The notes under the pieces are model-generated. The model made no database searches. It saw nothing but the letters and a program-made list of their open reading frames with translations, and was not told where the DNA came from. From contig CAVYXA010000001.1 in the NCBI GenBank assembly GCA_963772365.1, positions 352,001-416,000 on the forward strand: a DNA stretch of 64,000 nt, given 5' to 3'. The position numbers and the translations under genes were made by a program. This document shows positions 53,000-63,342 of this stretch, in pieces. Each line of letters opens with the position of its first letter. Position 1 is the first letter of the stretch. Source of the stretch: an uncultured Verrucomicrobiae bacterium. GTDB lineage: Bacteria > Verrucomicrobiota > Verrucomicrobiia > Chthoniobacterales > UBA10450.

Positions 53000-55387
53000 C
53001 TATGCCTTAAATCGAAGGTGTTCGCCCTTACACGACCAAACACCTTCAAGTCCCCCGATCCGTTTAATAAACTCATTGCACTTAGGGCAGTAAACGCGAT
53101 CGCGTAGCGTGACGATCGCGTCCGTCAGGTCCTTCGATTCGTTCGCTGTCAGATAGTTAGCCCATTCGTTGTAGTGCGCGCCGATCAGGTTCCGTAAGCC
53201 GCGCAATTCTTCGATCTTATCTAGTTGAGCGCCAGCGGCAGCATAAAACGCTTTGTTCTTCTTAGCCTTCGGCAAGAAGCTGGTCCAAAGTGGATCCAAA
53301 GTGTAACGCCCACGCAAGCTGAAGGGGACCGGCACTGACAAACCATCACAAAGATGCTGAAGCATCTGCTCCAACAGACGCCCAGCCTTGATGACACGAT
53401 CCGCAGGCATCGCTGTGAGAGATTCATCAGATGTGAGCCATTCATAATCCGACAGATGATCGCCCCACACTGGCCCCGTCGTTAAGCTCCAGTCAGCGAT
53501 TCGATGATAAGAAAACTTACGCGCAGCCGCGCTCGCGACCGCTTTCAAATTCTCGAACCAAAGCGGGTCGTGAGTCGTAATAACAATTTGATGGTCCGAA
53601 AATTCCTTCAGAATCAGTTTTGCAGTAGCCATACGATGTTCGCCATCAACGCTGTGCAGAACATCATCGAGAACGAGAAGTGATAAATCGCCATCATGCG
53701 AATGGTGAAAGCGACGAATGGCGAGAAAGATGCAAAGGCCTAGGGAATCGACATGTCCTTCGCTGTAACAACCGCGAGGATCACCTGATTTCTTGTGAAA
53801 TATGCACGTGAGGTCAATGCTTGCGGTGCCACGGTCGGTCACTTTCAGAGCCGGACTGCCGATATTTTCTCCAGGATGAATATTTTGGAGGTACCGATCA
53901 GCAAGTGTAGCTATCCGATCGAGCAATTGTTGAACAGCTTCCTTCCGAGCTTTCTCGGCAAGCGTCACAATTCTCTGAATTTGTGAACGCACAGTTTCTA
54001 GGCGTGATATTTCAGTCTGTGCTTCATTCAAACGGTTCCAATTTATCGTGATTGCGTGCAGCGCCGATTTCGTCTTTGTTAAAACCTCATAGCGTTCACT
54101 ACTTGGATACGTTTGCAATTTGGCCTCCACTTGTCTCAACAACTTTCTCGCGACAGAGTCAGGATTCGCCTTCGAAAGCGCTTCGCCGTCATCTTCAATG
54201 ACCTCACGACGTTGCAATGTTGAATGCCTGGCGACTAATTGAGCTAGGAGTTCGATCAAAGACTCCGCTGCATCGGGCAAATCTGTCGGCAATCCGGCGG
54301 CCCACTTTCGGCGCAGTAAAACAAGCGCGTCGTAAAGCGCCCTCAAGGCTGAGACAAATTTCGCTCTTGCCAAGTCTTGATCATTGCGGACGGCGGTAAG
54401 GGTTACATGCTCATTCAACCGGGCTTCGACCCGCTGCAATACTTTTGTTGCGTCGATTCGGCTTTCGCACAGCGGACATGTTTCCAACGAATCCGCCTGA
54501 ATCCATTTCACTCCCTCTTCCAAGACATGTTGGTAGAAATTCCCTCTGAGTTTTGCCTCTTCATCTTGTGTATTTTTGCGAGCAATATAATAAGCGCTTT
54601 CGACCTCGCGAAGCTGATTAATTGGAGGTAATTCTGAAATCAGGGTCTTGAGCAGGTGAACTTTCTGGAACTCCTCGATCTTGCCGAACGGGGCGAGTTG
54701 CGCTTCCACTTGATCGATTCGAATTGATGCGCTTTCCAGATCTTCGAGTATCGCGAGATCTGCCTCGCTCAGAATCTTATTCAACTGTGTGAAACATGTT
54801 TCGGTGTCGATTGGCGCAGCCGACGAAATGCCGAGTTGTTGACGAAGTGCGATTTCCTCTACCTGTTTCGCCGTCTTTTGTCCGGTTATTTGTCCTTGGC
54901 ATTGCGTTGACAGCTCCCTCAGTTTCGATTCGAACGTATTGAAGCGCTCTAATTGCAGAAAATCTGCTACAGCTTTGTAGCGATCCGCGGGTTTAGCATT
55001 GATAAAAGCCAGCAACGTTCTTCTTCGAAGAAGAAAGCTTTGCCGATGCGCGGCTGAGAGCATTGCGTCGACGTGAATATTCGCCGAGCCAGATGGACCG
55101 TCCTGAGTTACGGAGAAATCTTTGTTTCCATCGCTAAGAACTAACTCAATTTGCGGTGCCGATTTGCTCGCTACGTGCTTGCCCTGCCTCGCCCAAGACA
55201 GGCCTTGGTCGCCAGTGTCCAGCGAGCCGCACTTTGCAGTCAGGACTTTCTCAAGCGCATCAATGTAGGAGCTCTTTCCGGTCCCATTATCGCCAAGTAA
55301 TACCACGCCATCTTTGCCAAACTCTAGATCGGGTCCGTCGAGAATGCCGCGGCAACCTTTAGCTTTAAGCGTCCTTAACCGGATCAT
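53000..55387 (-). CDS. Rad50/SMC-like ABC ATPase with zinc hook and possible C-terminal HEPN (RloC-like architecture)
   Basis: GDNGTGKS, CPLC, YSEGH, LVLDDVLHSVD, TTHD, RNLIGAH and a terminal CPKC...C. Confidence 0.75.
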   Translation of the reverse strand: MIRLRTLKAKGCRGILDGPDLEFGKDGVVLLGDNGTGKSSYIDALEKVLTAKCGSLDTGDQGLSWARQGKHVASKSAPQIELVLSDGNKDFSVTQDGPSGSANIHVDAMLSAAHRQSFLLRRRTLLAFINAKPADRYKAVADFLQLERFNTFESKLRELSTQCQGQITGQKTAKQVEEIALRQQLGISSAAPIDTETCFTQLNKILSEADLAILEDLESASIRIDQVEAQLAPFGKIEEFQKVHLLKTLISELPPINQLREVESAYYIARKNTQDEEAKLRGNFYQHVLEEGVKWIQADSLETCPLCESRIDATKVLQRVEARLNEHVTLTAVRNDQDLARAKFVSALRALYDALVLLRRKWAAGLPTDLPDAAESLIELLAQLVARHSTLQRREVIEDDGEALSKANPDSVARKLLRQVEAKLQTYPSSERYEVLTKTKSALHAITINWNRLNEAQTEISRLETVRSQIQRIVTLAEKARKEAVQQLLDRIATLADRYLQNIHPGENIGSPALKVTDRGTASIDLTCIFHKKSGDPRGCYSEGHVDSLGLCIFLAIRRFHHSHDGDLSLLVLDDVLHSVDGEHRMATAKLILKEFSDHQIVITTHDPLWFENLKAVASAAARKFSYHRIADWSLTTGPVWGDHLSDYEWLTSDESLTAMPADRVIKAGRLLEQMLQHLCDGLSVPVPFSLRGRYTLDPLWTSFLPKAKKNKAFYAAAGAQLDKIEELRGLRNLIGAHYNEWANYLTANESKDLTDAIVTLRDRVYCPKCNEFIKRIGGLEGVWSCKGEHLRFKA

Positions 55388-55565
55388 TGGTGTCGCCTGT
55401 CAGCAAGGCTTCCAGAGGAGCGATGTCTTCCAGAGCATCGTCTCTCAGAACACGTAAAACCTCAGTCTTCCACGCGGGAAGTAGTTCGCTATCGAGAGCA
55501 ATCAGTTCGCGCAATTTCGCAAGGGCGACTAGATTCAAATCTTCTTGCGAAGCCTTTGATTTCAT
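55365..55565 (-). CDS. small hypothetical protein overlapping the ATPase start
   Basis: 66-aa helical ORF overlapping the downstream gene by 23 nt. Confidence 0.5.
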   Translation of the reverse strand: MKSKASQEDLNLVALAKLRELIALDSELLPAWKTEVLRVLRDDALEDIAPLEALLTGDTNDPVKDA

Positions 55566-55719
55566 GTTGTCAGAGCGAACTCAAACAGAAATCTTATTAT
55601 GAACGACTATCCCACGACAAGCAACGCGATCCGGATTCCGCTGCCACGGTTTCGCAATTGTCGATTCTTGCCCGATCCAATAGGATGCCGCTTCCTGATG
55701 GCTTAGGAGGACCGCAAAA

Positions 55720-57018
55720 TTGAACTCCCTCGCCATTCTTCACGCTTCGCAGATTGTTACATTGGCGGGCCCGAACCGTCCGCGCGTTGGCAAGGAAATG
55801 TCGGATCTGGCAATTATGCGCAACGGCGGAATGCTGATTCGCGACGGCAAGATCGAAGCGATCGGCTCAAGCGATGAAATCGAAACCAAAAGTCGCAACG
55901 CTGAAATTGTCGATGGCGCCGGTCGCGTTGTGTTGCCGGGATTTGTCGATGCTCACACGCACTTGGTCTTTGCGGGGAATCGGCTTGACGATTTCGAGCG
56001 ACGCGCGCGAGGAGAAACTTACGAGCAAATCGCGAAAGCCGGCGGCGGGATCTGGTCCACCGTGCAAAAGACGCGTGCCGCATCCGATGTCGATCTTCTC
56101 AATCAAGCGAAGAAGCATGCGGAATGGTTCCTGCGCTGCGGAACCACGACTGTCGAAGCAAAATCCGGCTACGGACTGACGATCGAGGATGAGCTGAAGA
56201 TTCTCTGTGTGATGCGTCGGCTCAATGAAGAAGGGCCACTGGAAATCGTGCCGACTTTTCTCGGGGCGCATGCAGTGCCGCGGGAAATGTCGCCAGATGA
56301 ATATGTCGATCTTGTGATAAACGAAATGTTGCCGCGTGTTGCTTCGGATCCGCCTTCGCCGGGCTACGGCGCGACAAGAAAGCTGGCGGAGTTTTGCGAT
56401 GTATTTTGCGAGCGCGGTTATTTCGAGATCGAGCAATCTCGTAAGATCCTGAGGAAAGCGAAGGAACTCGGACTGAGTTTGCGAGGCCATGTCGATCAAC
56501 TTACTAATTCCGGTGGCGCGAAGTTGATGGCGGAATTGAAGGCGACCACCGCGGATCATTTAGAGAAAACGGACGGGCAGGGGATCGCCGCGATGAAGTC
56601 GTCAGATGTTCAGCCGGTATTGCTACCGGGATCGGTGTATGCATTGGGATCGATCCATCTTCGCCAAGGCTCCGGGGGGCAGGCAGGTTACCCGCGCGCA
56701 CGGGAAATGATCGAGGCGGGATTGGCCGTCGTCCTCGCCACCGATTTTAATCCCGGTTCATCGCCGACTCCGAGCATGCCCATGGTCTTATCGCTCGCCT
56801 GCACGCAGATGAAAATGTCGCCCGCCGAGGCAATCACAGCATCGACAATCAACGCCGCCTGCAGTCTCAACCGCGGAGATCAGATTGGTTCGCTGGAGCC
56901 GGGCAAGCTTGCTAATTTCTCGATCTTCGATTGCGAAGATTATCGGGAATTGGCTTACTGGTTTGGCGTATTACAAGTCCATTCGGTTTACGTGCAGGGT
57001 CAACACGTGAATTGTTAG
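55720..57018 (+). CDS. hutI: imidazolonepropionase
   Basis: PGFVDAHTH, EAKSGYGL, FLGAH, DHLE, ATDFNPGSSP. Confidence 0.95.
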   Translation: MNSLAILHASQIVTLAGPNRPRVGKEMSDLAIMRNGGMLIRDGKIEAIGSSDEIETKSRNAEIVDGAGRVVLPGFVDAHTHLVFAGNRLDDFERRARGETYEQIAKAGGGIWSTVQKTRAASDVDLLNQAKKHAEWFLRCGTTTVEAKSGYGLTIEDELKILCVMRRLNEEGPLEIVPTFLGAHAVPREMSPDEYVDLVINEMLPRVASDPPSPGYGATRKLAEFCDVFCERGYFEIEQSRKILRKAKELGLSLRGHVDQLTNSGGAKLMAELKATTADHLEKTDGQGIAAMKSSDVQPVLLPGSVYALGSIHLRQGSGGQAGYPRAREMIEAGLAVVLATDFNPGSSPTPSMPMVLSLACTQMKMSPAEAITASTINAACSLNRGDQIGSLEPGKLANFSIFDCEDYRELAYWFGVLQVHSVYVQGQHVNC

Positions 57019-57087
57019 AGCGGCGCGCGCGGCGGTCGCGCCCTACCATTTGCGCGCATCATCGCGCGCCGGTAACGTCGCTGCTCC

Positions 57088-58431
57088 ATGAAAGTTGAAG
57101 TTGAAAAGCAGCCGGGTTCTGTGTCGAAGCTGCGAATCGAATTGCCGGCGGAAGAGGTGTCGAAGGAGTGGGACACCATCGCCAATAGCTTCGCTCGATT
57201 TGCCAAAATCCCGGGATATCGGCCGGGAAAAGCGCCTCGCTCTGTCGTCGACAAGCGTTTTCGAAAAGAGATTCAGGAAGAGGTAACCAAGAAACTTGTT
57301 TCAAAAAGCTACCATGACGCAATTGCGCAGGAGCAGTTACGAGTTGCTTCTCTGACAAATATCGATGAGGTCCAATTTGGAGAGGACAAGGCGATGCGTT
57401 TTACGGCGACGGTCGTGACCGCTCCCGAGTTCGAGTTGCCCGATTACAAGAACATTCCCGTTCAGGTCCCCGATACCAAGGTTTCCGAAGCCGATATCGA
57501 TGCTGCTGTGGAAAGATTGCGCGATCAAGCAGCAGATTTTGTGGAGGTTTCCGGTCGCGCGCTGCAAATGGGCGACTTTGCCGTGATCGATTTCGAGGGA
57601 ACAATCGAAGGAAAGCCGGTTAACGAAATCGCGCCAGAGGCCAGCAAAAACTTACACGGAGGAAAGAAATTCTGGCTTCACATCGCGCCGGAGAATTTTT
57701 TGCCGAAGTTCTGCGAACAGTTAGTGGACCTAAAGCGCGATGAGACGCGGCTCGTAATTGTCGATTTTCCGCAAGATTTCATGGTGAAAGAACTCGCAGG
57801 CAATAAAGCGGACTACACGGTCACACTGCGGGAGATTCGCGAGAAAGTTTTACCTGCGTCAGACGATGCTTTCGCGGCCAAGCTTGCTCCAGGCAAAACG
57901 CTTGTCGATCTTCGCCATGCGATTGAGCATGACTTGGACCACGCCAAGGAACACGAGGTTGAAAGAACCAAAGAGGATCAGATCCTGAAATATTTGCACG
58001 ACCGGATTGAATTCGACCTGCCGCCGGGATTGCTCCAAACCGAAACCCGACGCGCGCTCGGCGAATTGGTTCAGCACAATCGGCAGCGAGGAGTCACCGA
58101 CGAAATGCTCAAGGGGAAGGAAAGGGAGTTGATCGATGTCTCTGCCGGCATGGCCAGTCGGCGTTTAAAAACAAACTTCATTCTCCATCGAATTGCCGAG
58201 CAGGAGAAGCTTCAGGTTACACAGGAGGAGATCGATTTGGGGATCAAGCGGGAGGCAGCGCGCTACGACATTTCCGTTCAAAAAATGCGCAAGGAACTGG
58301 AGGAACACAGCGGTCTCAATACCCTGGCGGAACAGATTCTGCTCGGTAAGACCCTTGATTTCCTGAAAGCGAATGTGAATGTTAACGTCGAACCGGCCAC
58401 AGAAAATTCGGCCGGCGAGAAAAAATCATGA
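57088..58431 (+). CDS. tig: trigger factor
   Basis: [14 protein letters not shown]-like middle domain; tig-clpP-clpX order. Confidence 0.92.
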   Translation: MKVEVEKQPGSVSKLRIELPAEEVSKEWDTIANSFARFAKIPGYRPGKAPRSVVDKRFRKEIQEEVTKKLVSKSYHDAIAQEQLRVASLTNIDEVQFGEDKAMRFTATVVTAPEFELPDYKNIPVQVPDTKVSEADIDAAVERLRDQAADFVEVSGRALQMGDFAVIDFEGTIEGKPVNEIAPEASKNLHGGKKFWLHIAPENFLPKFCEQLVDLKRDETRLVIVDFPQDFMVKELAGNKADYTVTLREIREKVLPASDDAFAAKLAPGKTLVDLRHAIEHDLDHAKEHEVERTKEDQILKYLHDRIEFDLPPGLLQTETRRALGELVQHNRQRGVTDEMLKGKERELIDVSAGMASRRLKTNFILHRIAEQEKLQVTQEEIDLGIKREAARYDISVQKMRKELEEHSGLNTLAEQILLGKTLDFLKANVNVNVEPATENSAGEKKS

Positions 58432-59123
58432 GTTCAGAAAATTTATCGCAGTCAATCCTGGTGCCGATGGTAGTCGAGCAGACCGGTCGAGGTGAGCGCA
58501 GCTACGACATTTACTCGAGATTACTCAAGGATCGGATCGTTTTCATCGGGATGCCGATCGATGATCACATCGCCAACCTGGTAATCGCGCAATTACTCTT
58601 CCTGCAGATGGAGGATCCGAAAAAGGACATCAACATTTACATCAATTCGCCCGGCGGTTCGGTCACAGCGGGATTGGCTGTTTACGATACGATGCAATTT
58701 CTTACCTGCGACGTGACGACTTATTGTCTGGGGATGGCTGCCAGCATGGCTGCTGTCTTGCTTTGCGCCGGGACGAAGGGCAAGCGCTTTGCGCTGCCAA
58801 ATTCCGACATCATGATCCATCAGGTTTCGGGTGGAGCGCAGGGCGCCGCCAGCGACGTCGAGCGGCAGGTCGATTACATGTTTAAGTTGAAAAAGCGCCT
58901 GATCAGCATCATCGCGCAGCACACCGGCAAACCTGAAGAGCAGGTTCGGCTCGATTCCGATCGGGATTATTACATGTCAGCTCAGGAGGCGAAGGCTTAC
59001 GGCCTTGTCGATGAAGTGATTAAGTCCCGCAAGGAAGTCAAGCTGGATGGCGCTGGTTCCCCCTCGTCAGATCGTTCCGTGGCAGTTGCGGAGGCAGCAT
59101 TGCCGCGCAAATCGGGGGAATAA
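58428..59123 (+). CDS. clpP: ATP-dependent Clp protease proteolytic subunit
   Basis: [26 protein letters not shown]. Confidence 0.97.
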   Translation: MSSENLSQSILVPMVVEQTGRGERSYDIYSRLLKDRIVFIGMPIDDHIANLVIAQLLFLQMEDPKKDINIYINSPGGSVTAGLAVYDTMQFLTCDVTTYCLGMAASMAAVLLCAGTKGKRFALPNSDIMIHQVSGGAQGAASDVERQVDYMFKLKKRLISIIAQHTGKPEEQVRLDSDRDYYMSAQEAKAYGLVDEVIKSRKEVKLDGAGSPSSDRSVAVAEAALPRKSGE

Positions 59124-59148
59124 AGGCTGCTAATTTACAGGGCGAAAT

Positions 59149-60432
59149 ATGGCACGCGCTTCCAACCTCACGATGTGCTCGTTTTGCGGGAAGAGTCACG
59201 CCGAGGTGCGCAAGCTCATCGCCGGGCCCGGCGTCTATATCTGCGACAGCTGCATCAACGTCTGCAAAAGTATTCTCGACAAGGAATTGAACGAGGATGC
59301 GCGGCGTCAATCGTCATCCATGCGTGTGCCGAAGCCCGCGGAAATCCGGCGCTCCCTTGATCAATACGTGATCGGCCAGGATTTGGCCAAAAAGACGCTC
59401 TCGGTGGCGGTCCACAATCATTACAAGCGCGTGATGCAAACAACCGCGCCACCCGCGGATTCATCGGCCGCGTTTCAACCAGATCCCTTGGCGGAAGTCG
59501 AGATCGAGAAGAGCAATATTTTGTTAGTCGGCCCGACCGGTTCGGGCAAAACGCTGTTGGCGAAAACGCTTGCCAAGATTCTCGATGTTCCATTTTGCAT
59601 TGCCGATGCCACCACGCTGACTGAAGCCGGCTATGTAGGCGAAGACGTGGAGAACATCATTCTGCGTTTGTTGCAGAATGCCGATTACGATGTGAAACGA
59701 GCCGAGATTGGCATCGTTTACATCGACGAGATCGACAAGATCGGGCGCAAGACCGACAACGTCAGCATTACCCGCGATGTTTCGGGCGAAGGGGTTCAGC
59801 AGGCTCTGCTAAAAATTCTGGAAGGATCGACATGCAACGTGCCGCCGCAGGGCGGTCGCAAACATCCGCACCAGGAATACATCCAGGTGAATACCGAAAA
59901 AATTCTCTTCATCTGTGGCGGCGCTTTCATCGGGCTGGACAAGATCATTCAGAAACGGATCGGCCAGAAAGTGATGGGCTTCGGAAGTCCCACGCTCGAA
60001 GTTGAGGAAGCGCTTCGCAAAGAAGCGATCCGCCATGTTGAACCCGAAGATTTGCTTTCGTTCGGAATGATTCCGGAATTCATCGGCCGTTTGCCGGTAG
60101 TTACATCACTCGACACGCTCACCGAAGATGAGATGGTGTCGATCTTGACCGAGACAAAGAACGCGATGGTAAAGCAATACACCAAGCTCTTCTCGATGGA
60201 GAATGTGCGCCTGACCCTGACCAAGGATGCCTTGCGAGCCTTGGCAGCTCAAGCTGTCACGAAAGGCACGGGTGCACGCGCACTTCGCTCAATGCTCGAG
60301 CGAATCATGCTCGACATTATGTATGATGTCCCAAGCCGGGAAGACATCGCTGAGGTCACCATTAATCGCGCGGTAGTCGAGGGCAAAAAACTACCGCTGG
60401 TTCGCAAGAAACAGGACAAAGACGCAGCCTGA
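59149..60432 (+). CDS. clpX: ATP-dependent Clp protease ATP-binding subunit
   Basis: CSFCGK zinc finger, [17 protein letters not shown]. Confidence 0.98.
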   Translation: MARASNLTMCSFCGKSHAEVRKLIAGPGVYICDSCINVCKSILDKELNEDARRQSSSMRVPKPAEIRRSLDQYVIGQDLAKKTLSVAVHNHYKRVMQTTAPPADSSAAFQPDPLAEVEIEKSNILLVGPTGSGKTLLAKTLAKILDVPFCIADATTLTEAGYVGEDVENIILRLLQNADYDVKRAEIGIVYIDEIDKIGRKTDNVSITRDVSGEGVQQALLKILEGSTCNVPPQGGRKHPHQEYIQVNTEKILFICGGAFIGLDKIIQKRIGQKVMGFGSPTLEVEEALRKEAIRHVEPEDLLSFGMIPEFIGRLPVVTSLDTLTEDEMVSILTETKNAMVKQYTKLFSMENVRLTLTKDALRALAAQAVTKGTGARALRSMLERIMLDIMYDVPSREDIAEVTINRAVVEGKKLPLVRKKQDKDAA

Positions 60433-60522
60433 CCGCCTCCGGCGGAGGTTGAATCGTTACACCGTTGAATCGGTGCTGCTTTCCGATGTAACGATGTAAC
60501 ATTGTAACGAATTCCGTATTCA

Positions 60523-61755
60523 ATGCGCACCGCCATCATCAACACCGGCACGGAGCTGTTGCTTGGCGACGTCGTTAACGCGCATCTCGATTTCATCGCC
60601 CGCGAGATTTTTGCGCTGGGACTACGTGTGGACGAACAGCGCACTGTTCCAGATGGCGAAGCGATCCGGCATGCGCTGAGCGATCTATTTCCGCACTGCG
60701 AGATTTTGTTTGTGACCGGCGGCCTCGGGCCGACAAGCGATGACATCACGCGCGAGATCGTAGCCGATTTGCTAGGGCTGCAACTTCGACAGGATGCCGG
60801 ATTGCTGGAAGCATTGAAGGAGCGGCTCGCGATTCGAAAGATCAAATGGACAGCGAGCATTGCGCGTCAGGCCGATGTTCCTTCCGGCGCACAGATTTTG
60901 CCCAACGACCACGGAAGCGCTTCCGGTTTGTATTTGCCGGTAAATATTAATCCAAAAATCACGTCGCCACACATCTTCGTTTTGCCGGGTCCTCCCCGTG
61001 AATTGCAGCCGATATTCCGCAGCTCGGTGATATCGATCCTGCGCGCGATTGTGCCATTGTCGGGCGCAATCGGCTATCGACTGTACCGAATGACCGGTAT
61101 CGGCGAATCGCTCGTCGAAAACGCCGTAGGCGAAAAAATTCTGGCGATTCCTGGAATTGAGCTTGGTTATTGTGCACGGCCCGGCGATGTCGATCTTCGT
61201 GTAATCGGCGAGTCGCAGGCGATCCAGCAGGCGGATGCGATTATCACCCGTGCATTGCAAAAATGGATCTATTCCACGACGGGCGAGGACTTAGAAGAAG
61301 TCGTCGTCAAATTGCTCGCCAACAGAAAGCAGAAGTTAGCGGTGGCAGAATCGTGCACGGGCGGATTGATTGCCAATCGAATCACGAATGTTGCCGGAGC
61401 ATCTGACGCTTTGATTGCCGGTTACGTGACGTATGCAAACGAAGCGAAGATCGACATCCTCCATGTCGATCCAAAGCTACTCGAAGATCATGGGGCAGTA
61501 AGCGAACCGGTCGCAAGAGCGATGGCTGAAGGCGCACGCAGCCGGGCAGGATCCACATATGCTCTGTCCACTACTGGAATTGCCGGGCCCACGGGAGGTT
61601 CAGCCGAAAAGCCAATCGGCACAGTTCACATTGCGCTGGCTTCCGCAGGTTCAGAAACGCTCGCAGACAAATTCTTTTTCCCAGCTGATCGGGAGACATT
61701 CAAGCAGCTTGTCGCGCAAGCGGCGCTGGAAATGTTACGACGAAAGCTCATCTAG
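60523..61755 (+). CDS. cinA: competence/damage-inducible protein A (NMN deamidase)
   Basis: GTELLLG, TGGLGPTSDD, AESCTGG, TTGIAGP. Confidence 0.93.
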   Translation: MRTAIINTGTELLLGDVVNAHLDFIAREIFALGLRVDEQRTVPDGEAIRHALSDLFPHCEILFVTGGLGPTSDDITREIVADLLGLQLRQDAGLLEALKERLAIRKIKWTASIARQADVPSGAQILPNDHGSASGLYLPVNINPKITSPHIFVLPGPPRELQPIFRSSVISILRAIVPLSGAIGYRLYRMTGIGESLVENAVGEKILAIPGIELGYCARPGDVDLRVIGESQAIQQADAIITRALQKWIYSTTGEDLEEVVVKLLANRKQKLAVAESCTGGLIANRITNVAGASDALIAGYVTYANEAKIDILHVDPKLLEDHGAVSEPVARAMAEGARSRAGSTYALSTTGIAGPTGGSAEKPIGTVHIALASAGSETLADKFFFPADRETFKQLVAQAALEMLRRKLI

Positions 61756-61797
61756 CCGCAGCCCCTGCGCCGTGACTATGCGCCACAGGCGCACAGA

Positions 61798-62433
61798 TTA
61801 AAAATCGCCAACATCGACAGGCGTGCCGACTTTCACATGGTCGTAGAACAACTTTGCGCCCTCCGAAGATTCTCGAATGCATCCGTGCGAAGCAGGATAA
61901 CCCGGCAAAATACCGATGTGCATCCCGACCCCATCGTCGGTCAAACGGAGGAACCAAGTCATTGGCGCCCCGACATAATGCGTCCCGCTTGGGGCGACAT
62001 CTATTCGCGCACTGATTCCGGCGCGGACGACTCGGCCCCTAGCGTCGACAAAGTTTCCATAGATGCTCGAGCGATGATCAGGATCTTTTTCCAGGACCTT
62101 GTGATGACCGCTCGGCGAGGTATGACCTTTCTTGCCGGAGCAAATCGGTTCGTCAATCACGATTTGATCGCCGAGCATCAGATAGGCGCGCTGTTTTGGA
62201 AGTGAGACAACAATATGAACGTTGTCCGGGGTGCATTGTTTGAGCAGAGCTTGATTGACCTTTACCGGCTCCTGTTTGTGGATCAGTTCCCGGGCTTTTC
62301 GCATTGTCCGTGTCGGCACGGGTGTGGCTCGCGTTATTGGAGGCGGGTGGAGACGCCGGAATTGTGCGTGGGCAACGATCGCTGAGCCGATCAGGCACGA
62401 CACACAGAAAAGAGCGCAGATGGTTCGTCGCAT
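61798..62433 (-). CDS. L,D-transpeptidase family protein
   Basis: GMH.G..PGYPASHGCIR; signal peptide. Confidence 0.85.
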   Translation of the reverse strand: MRRTICALFCVSCLIGSAIVAHAQFRRLHPPPITRATPVPTRTMRKARELIHKQEPVKVNQALLKQCTPDNVHIVVSLPKQRAYLMLGDQIVIDEPICSGKKGHTSPSGHHKVLEKDPDHRSSIYGNFVDARGRVVRAGISARIDVAPSGTHYVGAPMTWFLRLTDDGVGMHIGILPGYPASHGCIRESSEGAKLFYDHVKVGTPVDVGDF

Positions 62434-62438
62434 GAAAG

Positions 62439-63284
62439 TCAACCCCGATTGTAGCCATTTACTCGATTTAGCCAACCCGGTAACCACTTCGCTTCATCCC
62501 GGGCAGGTGGAGAATTTTCGACCCGTCGTCGCAGGACGACTGCGGCTGCCCGGGAGAATTCATTCACGGGAGGCGAGGCATCGGTGTGCATCTCCTCCAG
62601 AACCTGCAGCAGACCCCAGCCCTGATCATGGTAGCGTTCGCGATGAAGAACGCCTTCGCCTTTGAAGTTCACATAATCAATCAGCGCGTAGCAGCTTTGC
62701 GGAGTCTTTGTCATCCGCTCGAAATTTTGATGGATCTTCGGTCGCTCTGATTCGGGGGCTTCCACCAGCATTTTGGGGAGTGCGGCTTGCAATCGGGCCA
62801 AAAGAAATTCCGCCTGGAGATCGACAGTATCAGCCAAGAACTTCCGCAACGTTTTCACTTGCGTTGTCTGTTGAGCGCCCAAAAACTCTGCGCGCGAGTT
62901 CCAGGGACAATCCAGATCGCCGCCATTCAAAAGCAGTTTTGGCAATTTCGCGCCGCGAGCGGAAACAAATTTTACGACTTTAGGGAAACTTTCGTCGAAA
63001 GGACCTTCGACTCCTTTCGGATACCAGATGAAATGGCCGATGCCGAGCGATGCGAAATTTTCCCCCTGGTTCCACGATGTCAATCCGGCGATTGTGCCGT
63101 TACATTCATTCTGCCAAATCCTTTGTCCGATCCGCATCAATTCGGTATGCGATAATCTGATCTCAGCCAGCAGATTAGAGGGCGCCATCGCAAACGCGAG
63201 AACCAGAATTCCCGGGGAAAAAACCAGGTGACCGGCGGATTGCTGGCGACGCTTTCGTCTGCTTGACGAGCGGAGTTTATCCAT
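62439..63284 (-). CDS. conserved hypothetical protein (start uncertain)
   Basis: IWQNEC, SLGIGHFIWYP, DYVNFKGEG, WGLLQVL. Confidence 0.7.
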   Translation of the reverse strand: MDKLRSSSRRKRRQQSAGHLVFSPGILVLAFAMAPSNLLAEIRLSHTELMRIGQRIWQNECNGTIAGLTSWNQGENFASLGIGHFIWYPKGVEGPFDESFPKVVKFVSARGAKLPKLLLNGGDLDCPWNSRAEFLGAQQTTQVKTLRKFLADTVDLQAEFLLARLQAALPKMLVEAPESERPKIHQNFERMTKTPQSCYALIDYVNFKGEGVLHRERYHDQGWGLLQVLEEMHTDASPPVNEFSRAAAVVLRRRVENSPPARDEAKWLPGWLNRVNGYNRG

Positions 63285-63342
63285 TAGCGTCCAGCTTTCT
63301 GCGCTCCGATTGAAAGCGCAACCGAATTCAGAGGTCCACCTT

